Source of the DNA: Eledone cirrhosa
Taxonomy: Eukaryota
DNA length: 64,000 nucleotides
Assembly (NCBI GenBank): GCA_964016885.1
Contig: CAXHJY010001477.1
Span: 620,001 to 684,000, forward strand
Direction: 5' to 3'
Shown: piece by piece, positions 23,101 through 38,100 of the stretch
Numbering within the stretch: position 1 is the stretch's first letter
Layout: each line of letters begins with the position of its first letter
Notes under the pieces: model-generated
Databases searched by the model: none
Seen by the model: only the letters and a program-made list of their open reading frames with translations
What the model was told of the DNA's origin: nothing
Made by a program: the position numbers and the translations under genes

Positions 23101-26100
23101 TAGATGACAGAAAGACCTGCTATTGTAGGTGAGGAAGAGACACTACCTCCAACTTAGATGACAGAAGGACCTGCTATTGAAGTTGAGAAAGAGACACTAC
23201 CTCCAACTTAGATGACAGAAGGACCGGGCTATTGAAGTTGAGGAAGAGACACTACCTCCAACTTAGATGACAGAAGGACCTGCTACTGTAGTTGAGGAAG
23301 AGACACTACCTCCAACTTAGATGACAGAAGGACTATTGAAGTTGAGGAAGAGACACTACCTCCAACTTAGATGACAGAAGGACCTGCTATTGTAGTTGAG
23401 GAAGAGACACTACCTCCAACTTAGATGACAGAAGGACCTGCTATTGTAGTTGAGGAAGAGACACTATCTCCAACTTAGATGACAGAAGGACCTGCTATCG
23501 TAGTTGAGGAAGAGACACTACCTCCAACTTAGATGACAGAAGGACCTGCTATTGAAGTTGAGGAAGAGACACTACCTCTAACTTAGATGACAGAAGGACC
23601 GGCTATTGAAGTTGAGGAAGAGACACTACCTCCAACTTAGATAACAGAAGGACCTGCTATTGAAGTTGAGGAAGAGACACTACCTCCAACTTAGATGACA
23701 GAAGGACCTGCTATTGAAGTTGAGGAAGAGACACTACCTCCAACTTAGATGACAGAAGGACTATTGCAGTTGAGGAAGAGACACTACCTCCAACTTAGAT
23801 GACAGAAGGACCTGCTATTGAAGTTGAGGAAGAGACACTACCTCCAACTTAGATGACAGAAGGACCTGCTATTGAAGTTGAGGAAGAGACACTACCTCCA
23901 ACTTAGATGACAGAAGGACCTGCTATTGAAGTTGCGGAAGAGACACTACCTCCAACTTAGATGACAGAAGGACCTGCTATTGAAGTTCAGGAAGAGCCAC
24001 TACCTCCAACTTAGATGACAGAAGGACCTGCTATTGTAGTTGCGGAAGAGACACTACCTCCAACTTAGATGACAGAAGGACTATTGAAGTTGAGGAAGAG
24101 ACACTACCTCCAACTTAGATGACAGAAGGACCTGCTATTGTAATTGAGGAAGAGACACTACCTCCAACTTAGATGACAGAAGGACCTGCTATTGAAGTTG
24201 AGGAAGAGACACTACCTACAACTTAGATGACAGAAGGACCTGCTATTGAAGTTGAGGAAGAGACACTACCTCCAACTTAGATGACAGAAGGACCTGCTAT
24301 TGTAGTTGCGGAAGAGACACTACCTCCAACTTAGATGACAGAAGGACTATTGAAGTTGAGGAAGAGACACTACCTCCAACTTAGATGACAGAAGGACCTG
24401 CTATTGTAGTTGAGGAAGAGACACTACCTCCAACTTAGATGACAGAAGGACCTGCTATTGTAGTTGAGGAAGAGACACTACCTCCAACTTAGATGACAGA
24501 AGGACCTGCTATTGTAGTTGAGGAAGAGACACTACCTCCAACTTAGATGACAGAAGGACTATTGAAGTTGAGGAAGAGACACTACCTCCAACTTAGATGA
24601 CAGAAGGACCTGCTATTGAAGTTGAGGAAGAGACACTACCTCCAACTTAGATGACAGAAGGGCCTGCTATTGTAGTTGAGGAAGAGACACTACCTCCAAC
24701 TTAGATGACAGAAGGACTATTGAAGTTGAGGAAGAGACACTACCTCCAACTTAGATGACAGAAGGAACTGCTATTGAAGGTGAGGAAGAGACACTACCTC
24801 CAACTTAGATGACACAAGGACCTGCTATTGTAGTTGAGGAAGAGACACTACCTCCAACTTAGATGACAGAAAGACCTGCTATTGTAGTTGAGGAAGAGAC
24901 ACTACCTCCAACTTAGATGACAGAAGGACCTGCTATTGAAGTTGAGAAAGAGACACTACCTCCAACTTAGATGACAGAAGGACCTGCTATTGAAGTTGAG
25001 GAAGAGACACTACCTCCAACTTAGATGACAGAAGGACCTGCTACTGTAGTTGAGGAAGAGACACTACCTCCAACTTAGATGACAGAAGGACTATTGAAGT
25101 TGAGGAAGAGACACTACCTCCAACTTAGATGACAGAAGGACCTGCTATTGTAGTTGAGGAAGAGACACTATCTCCAACTTAGATGACAGAAGGACCTGCT
25201 ATCGTAGTTGAGGAAGAGACACTACCTCCAACTTAGATGACAGAAGGACCTGCTATTGAAGTTGAGGAAGAGACACTACCTCTAACTTAGATGACAGAAG
25301 GACCTCTATTGAAGTTGAGGTAGAGACACTACCTCCAACTTAGATAACAGAAGGACCTGCTATTGAAGTTGAGGAAGAGACACTACATCCAACTTAGATG
25401 ACAGAAGGACCTGCTATTGAAGTTGAGGAAGAGACACTATCTACAACTTAGATGACAGAAGGACCTGCTGTTGAAGTTGAGGAAGAGACACTACCTCCAA
25501 CTTAGATGACAGAAGGACCTGCTATTGAAGTTGAGGAAAAGACACTACCTCCAACTTAGATGACAGAAGGACCTGCTATTGAAGTTGAGGAAGAGACACT
25601 ACCTCCAACTTAGATGACAGAAGGACTATTGAAGTTGAGGAAGAGACACTACCTCCAACTTAGATGACAGAAGGACCTGCTATTGTAGTTGAGGAAGAGA
25701 CACTACCTCCAACTTAGATGACAGAAGGACATGCTATTGAAGGTGAGGAAGAGACACTACCTCCAACTTAGATGACAGAAGGACCTGCTATTGAAGGTGA
25801 GGAAGAGACACTACCTCCAACTTAGATGACAGAAGGACCTGATATTGAAGTTGAGGAAGAGACACTACCTCCAACTTAGATGACAGAAGGACCTGCTATT
25901 GAAGTTGAGGAAGAGACACTACCTCCAACTTAGATGACAGAAGGACCTGCTATTGTAGTTGCGGAAGAGACACTACCTCCAACTTAGATGACAGAAGAAC
26001 TATTGAAGTTGAGGAAGAGACACTACCTCCAACTTAGATGACAGAAGGACCTGCTATTGTAGTTGAGGAAGAGACACTACCTCCAACTTAGATGACAGAA

Positions 26101-29100
26101 GGACCTGCTATTGTAATTGAGGAAGAGACACTACCTCCAACTTAGATGACAGAAGGACCTGCTATTGAAGTTGAGGAAGAGACACTACCTACAACTTAGA
26201 TGACAGAAGGACCTGCTATTGAAGTTGAGGAAGAGACACTACCTCCAACTTAGATGACAGAAGGACCTGCTATTGAAGGTGAGGAAGAGACACTACCTCT
26301 AACTTAGATGACAGAAGGACCTGCTATTGAAGTTGAGGAAGAGACACTACCTCCAACTTAGATGACAGAAGGACCTGCTATTGTAGTTGAGGAAGAGACA
26401 CTACCTCCAACTTAGATGACAGAAGGACCTGCTATTGTAGTTGAGGAAGAGACACTACCTCCAACTTAGATGACAGAAGGACCTGCAATTGAAGTTGAGG
26501 AAGAGACACTACCTCCAACTTAGATGACAGAAGGACCTGCTATTGAAGTTGAGGAAGAGACACTACCTCCAACTTAGATGACAGAAGGACCTGCTATTGT
26601 AGTTGAGGAAGAGACACTACCTCCAACTTAGATGACAGAAGGACTATTGAAGTTGAGGAAGAGACACTACCTCCAACTTAGATGACAGAAGGAACTGCTA
26701 TTGAAGGTGAGGAAGAGACACTACCTCCAACTTAGATGACAGAAGGACCTGCTATTGTAGGTGAGGAAGAGACACTACCTCCAACTTAGATGACAGAAGG
26801 ACCTGCTATTGAAGTTGAGAAAGAGACACTACCTCCAACTTAGATGACAGAAGGACCGGGCTATTGAAGTTGAGGAAGAGACACTACCTCCAACTTAGAT
26901 GACAGAAGGACCTGCTACTGTAGTTGAGGAAGAGACACTACCTCCAACTTAGATGACAGAAGGACTATTGAAGTTGAGGAAGAGACACTACCTCCAACTT
27001 AGATGACAGAAGGACCTGCTATTGAAGTTGAGGAAGAGACACTACCTCCAACTTAGATAACAGAAGGACCTGCTATTGAAGTTGAGGAAGAGACACTACC
27101 TCCAACTTAGATGACAGAAGGACCTGCTATTGAAGTTGAGGAAGAGACACTACCTCCAACTTAGATGACAGAAGGACTATTGCAGTTGAGGAAGAGACAC
27201 TACCTCCAACTTAGATGACAGAAGGACCTGCTATTGAAGTTGAGGAAGAGACACTACCTCCAACTTAGATGACAGAAGGACCTGCTATTGAAGTTGAGGA
27301 AGAGACACTACCTCCAACTTAGATGACAGAAGGACCTGCTATTGAAGTTGCGGAAGAGACACTACCTCCAACTTAGATGACAGAAGGACCTGCTATTGAA
27401 GTTGAGGAAGAGCCACTACCTCCAACTTAGATGACAGAAGGACCTGCTATTGTAGTTGCGGAAGAGACACTACCTCCAACTTAGATGACAGAAGGACTAT
27501 TGAAGTTGAGGAAGAGACACTACCTCCAACTTAGATGACAGAAGGACCTGCTATTGTAATTGAGGAAGAGACACTACCTCCAACTTAGATGACAGAAGGA
27601 CCTGCTATTGAAGTTGAGGAAGAGACACTACCTACAACTTAGATGACAGAAGGACCTGCTATTGAAGTTGAGGAAGAGACACTACCTCCAACTTAGATGA
27701 CAGAAGGACCTGCTATTGTAGTTGCGGAAGAGACACTACCTCCAACTTAGATGACAGAAGGACTATTGAAGTTGAGGAAGAGACACTACCTCCAACTTAG
27801 ATGACAGAAGGACCTGCTATTGTAGTTGAGGAAGAGACACTACCTCCAACTTAGATGACAGAAGGACCTGCTATTGTAGTTGAGGAAGAGACACTACCTC
27901 CAACTTAGATGACAGAAGGACTATTGAAGTTGAGGAAGAGACACTACCTCCAACTTAGATGACAGAAGGACCTGCTATTGAAGTTGAGGAAGAGACACTA
28001 CCTCCAACTTAGATGACAGAAGGGCCTGCTATTGTAGTTGAGGAAGAGACACTACCTCCAACTTAGATGACAGAAGGACTATTGAAGTTGAGGAAGAGAC
28101 ACTACCTCCAACTTAGATGACAGAAGGAACTGCTATTGAAGGTGAGGAAGAGACACTACCTCCAACTTAGATGACACAAGGACCTGCTATTGTAGTTGAG
28201 GAAGAGACACTACCTCCAACTTAGATGACAGAAAGACCTGCTATTGTAGTTGAGGAAGAGACACTACCTCCAACTTAGATGACAGAAGGACCTGCTATTG
28301 AAGTTGAGAAAGAGACACTACCTACAACTTAGATGACAGAAGGACCTGCTATTGAAGTTGAGGAAGAGACACTACCTCCAACTTAGATGACAGAAGGACC
28401 TGCTACTGTAGTTGAGGAAGAGACACTACCTCCAACTTAGATGACAGAAGGACTATTGAAGTTGAGGAAGAGACACTACCTCCAACTTAGATGACAGAAG
28501 GACCTGCTATTGTAGTTGAGGAAGAGACACTATCTCCAACTTAGATGACAGAAGGACCTGCTATCGTAGTTGAGGAAGAGACACTACCTCCAACTTAGAT
28601 GACAGAAGGACCTGCTATTGAAGTTGAGGAAGAGACACTACCTCTAACTTAGATGACAGAAGGACCTGCTATTGAAGTTGAGGTAGAGACACTACCTCCA
28701 ACTTAGATAACAGAAGGACCTGCTATTGAAGTTGAGGAAGAGACACTACATCCAACTTAGATGACAGAAGGACCTGCTATTGAAGTTGAGGAAGAGACAC
28801 TATCTACAACTTAGATGACAGAAGGACCTGCTGTTGAAGTTGAGGAAGAGACACTACCTCCAACTTAGATGACAGAAGGACCTGCTATTGAAGTTGAGGA
28901 AAAGACACTACCTCCAACTTAGATGACAGAAGGACCTGCTATTGAAGTTGAGGAAGAGACACTACCTCCAACTTAGATGACAGAAGGACTATTGAAGTTG
29001 AGGAAGAGACACTACCTCCAACTTAGATGACAGAAGGACCTGCTATTGTAGTTGAGGAAGAGACACTACCTCCAACTTAGATGACAGAAGGACATGCTAT

Positions 29101-32100
29101 TGAAGGTGAGGAAGAGACACTACCTCCAACTTAGATGACAGAAGGACCTGCTATTGAAGGTGAGGAAGAGACACTACCTCCAACTTAGATGACAGAAGGA
29201 CCTGATATTGAAGTTGAGGAAGAGACACTACCTCCAACTTAGATGACAGAAGGACCTGCTATTGAAGTTGAGGAAGAGACACTACCTCCAACTTAGATGA
29301 CAGAAGGACCTGCTATTGTAGTTGCGGAAGAGACACTACCTCCAACTTAGATGACAGAAGAACTATTGAAGTTGAGGAAGAGACACTACCTCCAACTTAG
29401 ATGACAGAAGGACCTGCTATTGTAGTTGAGGAAGAGACACTACCTCCAACTTAGATGACAGAAGGACCTGCTATTGTAATTGAGGAAGAGACACTACCTC
29501 CAACTTAGATGACAGAAGGACCTGCTATTGAAGTTGAGGAAGAGACACTACCTACAACTTAGATGACAGAAGGACCTGCTATTGAAGTTGAGGAAGAGAC
29601 ACTACCTCCAACTTAGATGACAGAAGGACCTGCTATTGTAGTTGCGGAAGAGACACTACCTCCAACTTAGATGACAGAAGGACTATTGAAGTTGAGGAAG
29701 AGACACTACCTCCAACTTAGATGACAGAAGGACCTGCTATTGTAGTTGAGGAGGAGACACTACCTCCAACTTAGATGACAGAAGGACCTGCTATTGTAGT
29801 TGAGGAAGAGACACTACCTCCAACTTAGATGACAGAAGGACCTGCAATTGAAGTTGAGGAAGAGACACTACCTCCAACTTAGATGACAGAAGGACCTGCT
29901 ATTGAAGTTGAGGAAGAGACACTACCTCCAACTTAGATGACAGAAGGACCTGCTATTGTAGTTGAGGAAGAGACACTACCTCCAACTTAGATGACAGAAG
30001 GACTATTGAAGTTGAGGAAGAGACACTACCTCCAACTTAGATGACAGAAGGAACTGCTATTGAAGGTGAGGAAGAGACACTACCTCCAACTTAGATGACA
30101 GAAGGACCTGCTATTGTAGTTGAGGAAGAGACACTACCTCCAACTTAGATGACAGAAAGACCTGCTATTGTAGTTGAGGAAGAGACACTACCTCCAACTT
30201 AGATGACAGAAGGACCTGCTATTGAAGTTGAGAAAGAGACACTACCTCCAACTTAGATGACAGAAGGACCTGCTATTGAAGTTGAGGAAGAGACACTACC
30301 TCCAACTTAGATGACAGAAGGACCTGCTACTGTAGTTGAGGAAGAGACACTACCTCCAACTTAGATGACAGAAGGACTATTGAAGTTGAGGAAGAGACAC
30401 TACCTCCAACTTAGATGACAGAAGGACCTGCTATTGTAGTTGAGGAAGAGACACTACCTCCAACTTAGATGACAGAAGGACCTGCTATTGTAGTTGAGGA
30501 AGAGACACTATCTCCAACTTAGATGACAGAAGGACCTGCTATCGTAGTTGAGGAAGAGACACTACCTCCAACTTAGATGACAGAAGGACCTGCTATTGAA
30601 GTTGAGGAAGAGACACTACCTCTAACTTAGATGACAGAAGGACCTGCTATTGAAGTTGAGGAAGAGACACTACCTCCAACTTAGATCACAGAAGGACCTG
30701 CTATTGAAGTTGAGGAAGAGACACTACCTCCAACTTAGATGACAGAAGGACTATTGAAGGTGAGGAAGAGACACTACCTCCAGCTTAGATGACCGAAGGA
30801 CCTGCTATTGTAGGTGAGGAAGAGACACTACCTCCAACTTAGATGACAGAAGGACCTGCTATTGAAGTTGAGGAAGAGACACTACCTCTAACTTAGATGA
30901 CAGAAGGACCTGCTATTGAAGTTGAGGAAGAGACACTACCTCCAACTTAGATGACAGAAGGACCTGCTATTGAAGTTGAGGAAGAGACACTACCTCCAAC
31001 TTAGATGACAGAATGACCTGTTATTGAAGTTGAGGAAGAGACACTACCTCCAACTTAGATGACAGAAGGACTATTGAAGGTGAGGAAGAGACACTACCTC
31101 CAACTTAGATGACAGAAGGACCTGCTATTGAACTTGAGGAAGAGACACTACCTCCAACTTAGATGACAGAAGGACCGGCTATTGAAGTTGAGGAAGAGAC
31201 ACTACCTCTAACTTAGATGACAGAAGGACTATTGAAGATGAGGAAGAGACACTACCTCCAACTTAGATGACAGAAGGACCTGCTATTGTAGTTGAGGAAG
31301 AGACACTACCTCCAACTTAGATGACAGAAGGACCTGCTATTGTAGTTGAGGAAGAGACACTACCTACAACTTACATGACAGAAGGACCTGCTATTGTAGT
31401 TGAGGAAGAGACACTACCTACAACTTAGATGACAGCAGGACCTGCTATTGAAGTTGAGGAAGAGACACTACCTCCAACTTACATGACAGAAGGACCTGCT
31501 ATTGAAGTTGCGGAAGAGACACTACCTCCAACTTAGATGACAGAAGGACCTGCTATTGAAGTTGAGGAAGAGCCACTACCTCCAACTTAGATGACAGAAG
31601 GACCTGCTATTGTAGTTGCGGAAGAGACACTACCTCCAACTTAGATGACAGAAGGACTATTGAAGTTGAGGAAGAGACACTACCTCCAACTTAGATGACA
31701 GAAGGTCCTGCTATTGTAATTGAGGAAGAGACACTACCTCCAACTTAGATGACAGAAGGACCTGCTATTGAAGTTGAGGAAGAGACACTACCTACAACTT
31801 AGATGACAGAAGGACCTGCTATTGAAGTTGAGGAAGAGACACTACCTCCAACTTAGATGACAGAAGGACCTGCTATTGTAGTTGCGGAAGAGACACTACC
31901 TCCAACTTAGATGACAGAAGGACTATTGAAGTTGAGGAAGAGACACTACCTCCAACTTAGATGACAGAAGGACTATTGAAGTTGAGGAAGAGACACTACC
32001 TCCAACTTAGATGACAGAAGGACCTGCTATTGTAATTGAGGAAGAGACACTACCTCCAACTTAGATGACAGAAGGACCTGCTATTGTAGTTGCGGAAGAG

Positions 32101-35100
32101 ACACTACCTCTAACTTAGATGACAGAAGGACCTGCTATTGTAGTTGAGGAAGAGACACTACCTCCAACTTAGATGACAGAAGGACCTGCTATTGTAGTTG
32201 AGGAAGAGACACTACCTCCAACTTAGATGACAGAAGGACTATTGAAGTTGAGGAAGAGACACTACCTCCAACTTAGATGACAGAAGGACCTGCTATTGAA
32301 GTTGAGGAAGAGACACTACCTCCAACTTAGATGACAGAAGGGCCTGCTATTGTAGTTGAGGAAGAGACACTACCTCCAACTTAGATGACAGAAGGACTAT
32401 TGAAGTTGAGGAAGAGACACTACCTCCAACTTAGATGACAGAAGGAACTGCTATTGAAGGTGAGGAAGAGACACTACCTCCAACTTAGATGACACAAGGA
32501 CCTGCTATTGTAGTTGAGGAAGAGACACTACCTCCAACTTAGATGACAGAAAGACCTGCTATTGTAGTTGAGGAAGAGACACTACCTCCAACTTAGATGA
32601 CAGAAGGACCTGCTATTGAAGTTGAGAAAGAGACACTACCTCCAACTTAGATGACAGAAGGACCTGCTATTGAAGTTGAGGAAGAGACACTACCTCCAAC
32701 TTAGATGACAGAAGGACCTGCTACTGTAGTTGAGGAAGAGACACTACCTCCAACTTAGATGACAGAAGGACTATTGAAGTTGAGGAAGAGACACTACCTC
32801 CAACTTAGATGACAGAAGGACCTGCTATTGTAGTTGAGGAAGAGACACTATCTCCAACTTAGATGACAGAAGGACCTGCTATCGTAGTTGAGGAAGAGAC
32901 ACTACCTCCAACTTAGATGACAGAAGGACCTGCTATTGAAGTTGAGGAAGAGACACTACCTCTAACTTAGATGACAGAAGGACCTGCTATTGAAGTTGAG
33001 GTAGAGACACTACCTCCAACTTAGATAACAGAAGGACCTGCTATTGAAGTTGAGGAAGAGACACTACATCCAACTTAGATGACAGAAGGACCTGCTATTG
33101 AAGTTGAGGAAGAGACACTACCTACAACTTAGATGACAGAAGGACCTGCTGTTGAAGTTGAGGAAGAGACACTACCTCCAACTTAGATGACAGAAGGACC
33201 TGCTATTGAAGTTGAGGAAAAGACACTACCTCCAACTTAGATGACAGAAGGACCTGCTATTGAAGTTGAGGAAGAGACACTACCTCCAACTTAGATGACA
33301 GAAGGACTATTGAAGTTGAGGAAGAGACACTACCTCCAACTTAGATGACAGAAGGACCTGCTATTGTAGTTGAGGAAGAGACACTACCTCCAACTTAGAT
33401 GACAGAAGGACATGCTATTGAAGGTGAGGAAGAGACACTACCTCCAACTTAGATGACAGAAGGACCTGCTATTGAAGGTGAGGAAGAGACACTACCTCCA
33501 ACTTAGATGACAGAAGGACCTGATATTGAAGTTGAGGAAGAGACACTACCTCCAACTTAGATGACAGAAGGACCTGCTATTGAAGTTGAGGAAGAGACAC
33601 TACCTCCAACTTAGATGACAGAAGGACCTGCTATTGTAGTTGCGGAAGAGACACTACCTCCAACTTAGATGACAGAAGAACTATTGAAGTTGAGGAAGAG
33701 ACACTACCTCCAACTTAGATGACAGAAGGACCTGCTATTGTAGTTGAGGAAGAGACACTACCTCCAACTTAGATGACAGAAGGACCTGCTATTGTAATTG
33801 AGGAAGAGACACTACCTCCAACTTAGATGACAGAAGGACCTGCTATTGAAGTTGAGGAAGAGACACTACCTACAACTTAGATGACAGAAGGACCTGCTAT
33901 TGAAGTTGAGGAAGAGACACTACCTCCAACTTAGATGACAGAAGGACCTGCTATTGTAGTTGCGGAAGAGACACTACCTCCAACTTAGATGACAGAAGGA
34001 CTATTGAAGTTGAGGAAGAGACACTACCTCCAACTTAGATGACAGAAGGACCTGCTATTGTAGTTGAGGAAGAGACACTACCTCCAACTTAGATGACAGA
34101 AGGACCTGCTATTGTAGTTGAGGAAGAGACACTACCTCCAACTTAGATGACAGAAGGACCTGCAATTGAAGTTGAGGAAGAGACACTACCTCCAACTTAG
34201 ATGACAGAAGGACTATTGAAGTTGAGGAAGAGACACTACCTCCAACTTAGATGACAGAAGGACCTGCTATTGAAGTTGAGGAAGAGACACTACCTCCAAC
34301 TTAGATGACAGAAGGACCTGCTATTGTAGTTGAGGAAGAGACACTACCTCCAACTTAGATGACAGAAGGACTATTGAAGTTGAGGAAGAGACACTACCTC
34401 CAACTTAGATGACAGAAGGAACTGCTATTGAAGGTGAGGAAGAGACACTACCTCCAACTTAGATGACAGAAGGACCTGCTATTGTAGTTGAGGAAGAGAC
34501 ACTACCTCCAACTTAGATGACAGAAAGACCTGCTATTGTAGTTGAGGAAGAGACACTACCTCCAACTTAGATGACACAAGGACCTGCTATTGAAGTTGAG
34601 AAAGAGACACTACCTCCAACTTAGATGACAGAAGGACCTGCTATTGAAGTTGAGGAAGAGACACTACCTCCAACTTAGATGACAGAAGGACCTGCTACTG
34701 TAGTTGAGGAAGAGACACTACCTCCAACTTAGATGACAGAAGGACTATTGAAGTTGAGGAAGAGACACTACCTCCAACTTAGATGACAGAAGGACCTGCT
34801 ATTGTAGTTGAGGAAGAGACACTACCTCCAACTTAGATGACAGAAGGACCTGCTATTGTAGTTGAGGAAGAGACACTATCTCCAACTTAGATGACAGAAG
34901 GACCTGCTATCGTAGTTGAGGAAGAGACACTACCTCCAACTTAGATGACAGAAGGACTATTGAAGGTGAGGAAGAGACACTACCTCCAGCTTAGATGACC
35001 GAAGGACCTGCTATTGTAGGTGAGGAAGAGACACTACCTCCAACTTAGATGACAGAAGGACCTGCTATTGAAGTTGAGGAAGAGACACTACCTCTAACTT

Positions 35101-38100
35101 AGATGACAGAAGGACCTGCTATTGAAGTTGAGGAAGAGACACTACCTCCAACTTAGATGACAGAAGGACCTGCTATTGAAGTTGAGGAAGAGACACTACC
35201 TCCAATTTAGATGACAGAATGACCTGTTATTGAAGTTGAGGAAGAGACACTACCTCCAACTTAGATGACAGAAGGACTATTGAAGGTGAGGAAGAGACAC
35301 TACCTCCAACTTAGATGACAGAAGGACCTGCTATTGAACTTGAGGAAGAGACACTACCTCCAACTTAGATGACAGAAGGACCGGCTATTGAAGTTGAGGA
35401 AGAGACACTACCTCTAACTTAGATGACAGAAGGACTATTGAAGATGAGGAAGAGACACTACCTCCAACTTAGATGACAGAAGGACCTGCTATTGTAGTTG
35501 AGGAAGAGACACTACCTCCAACTTAGATGACAGAAGGACCTGCTATTGTAGTTGAGGAAGAGACACTACCTACAACTTACATGACAGAAGGACCTGCTAT
35601 TGTAGTTGAGGAAGAGACACTACCTACAACTTAGATGACAGCAGGACCTGCTATTGAAGTTGAGGAAGAGACACTACCTCCAACTTACATGACAGAAGGA
35701 CCTGCTATTGAAGTTGCGGAAGAGACACTACCTCCAACTTAGATGACAGAAGGACCTGCTATTGAAGTTGAGGAAGAGCCACTACCTCCAACTTAGATGA
35801 CAGAAGGACCTGCTATTGTAGTTGCGGAAGAGACACTACCTCCAACTTAGATGACAGAAGGACTATTGAAGTTGAGGAAGAGACACTACCTCCAACTTAG
35901 ATGACAGAAGGACTATTGAAGTTGAGGAAGAGACACTACCTCCAACTTAGATGACAGAAGGACCTGCTATTGTAATTGAGGAAGAGACACGACCTCCAAC
36001 TTAGATGACAGAAGGACCTGCTATTGTAGTTGCGGAAGAGACACTACCTCTAACTTAGATGACAGAAGGACCTGCTATTGTAGTTGAGGAAGAGACACTA
36101 CCTCCAACTTAGATGACAGAAGGACCTGCTATTGTAGTTGAGGAAGAGACACTACCTCCAACTTAGATGACAGAAGGACTATTGAAGTTGAGGAAGAGAC
36201 ACTACCTCCAACTTAGATGACAGAAGGACCTGCTATTGAAGTTGAGGAAGAGACACTACCTCCAACTTAGATGACAGAAGGGCCTGCTATTGTAGTTGAG
36301 GAAGAGACACTACCTCCAACTTAGATGACAGAAGGACTATTGAAGTTGAGGAAGAGACACTACCTCCAACTTAGATGACAGAAGGAACTGCTATTGAAGG
36401 TGAGGAAGAGACACTACCTCCAACTTAGATGACACAAGGACCTGCTATTGTAGTTGAGGAAGAGACACTACCTCCAACTTAGATGACAGAAAGACCTGCT
36501 ATTGTAGTTGAGGAAGAGACACTACCTCCAACTTAGATGACAGAAGGACCTGCTATTGAAGTTGAGAAAGAGACACTACCTCCAACTTAGATGACAGAAG
36601 GACCTGCTATTGAAGTTGAGGAAGAGACACTACCTCCAACTTAGATGACAGAAGGACCTGCTACTGTAGTTGAGGAAGAGACACTACCTCCAACTTAGAT
36701 GACAGAAGGACTATTGAAGTTGAGGAAGAGACACTACCTCCAACTTAGATGACAGAAGGACCTGCTATTGTAGTTGAGGAAGAGACACTATCTCCAACTT
36801 AGATGACAGAAGGACCTGCTATCGTAGTTGAGGAAGAGACACTACCTCCAACTTAGATGACAGAAGGACCTGCTATTGAAGTTGAGGAAGAGACACTACC
36901 TCTAACTTAGATGACAGAAGGACCTGCTATTGAAGTTGAGGTAGAGACACTACCTCCAACTTAGATAACAGAAGGACCTGCTATTGAAGTTGAGGAAGAG
37001 ACACTACATCCAACTTAGATGACAGAAGGACCTGCTATTGAAGTTGAGGAAGAGACACTACCTACAACTTAGATGACAGAAGGACCTGCTGTTGAAGTTG
37101 AGGAAGAGACACTACCTCCAACTTAGATGACAGAAGGACCTGCTATTGAAGTTGAGGAAAAGACACTACCTCCAACTTAGATGACAGAAGGACCTGCTAT
37201 TGAAGTTGAGGAAGAGACACTACCTCCAACTTAGATGACAGAAGGACTATTGAAGTTGAGGAAGAGACACTACCTCCAACTTAGATGACAGAAGGACCTG
37301 CTATTGTAGTTGAGGAAGAGACACTACCTCCAACTTAGATGACAGAAGGACATGCTATTGAAGGTGAGGAAGAGACACTACCTCCAACTTAGATGACAGA
37401 AGGACCTGCTATTGAAGGTGAGGAAGAGACACTACCTCCAACTTAGATGACAGAAGGACCTGATATTGAAGTTGAGGAAGAGACACTACCTCCAACTTAG
37501 ATGACAGAAGGACCTGCTATTGAAGTTGAGGAAGAGACACTACCTCCAACTTAGATGACAGAAGGACCTGCTATTGTAGTTGCGGAAGAGACACTACCTC
37601 CAACTTAGATGACAGAAGGACTATTGAAGTTGAGGAAGAGACACTACCTCCAACTTAGATGACAGAAGGACCTGCTATTGTAGTTGAGGAAGAGACACTA
37701 CCTCCAACTTAGATGACAGAAGGACCTGCTATTGTAGTTGAGGAAGAGACACTACCTCCAACTTAGATGACAGAAAGACCTGCTATTGTAGTTGAGGAAG
37801 AGACACTACCTCCAACTTAGATGACAGAAGGACCTGCTATTGAAGTTGAGAAAGAGACACTACCTCCAACTTAGATGACAGAAGGACCTGCTATTGAAGT
37901 TGAGGAAGAGACACTACCTCCAACTTAGATGACAGAAGGACCTGCTACTGTAGTTGAGGAAGAGACACTACCTCCAACTTAGATGACAGAAGGACTATTG
38001 AAGTTGAGGAAGAGACACTACCTCCAACTTAGATGACAGAAGGACCTGCTATTGTAGTTGAGGAAGAGACACTACCTCCAACTTAGATGACAGAAGGACC

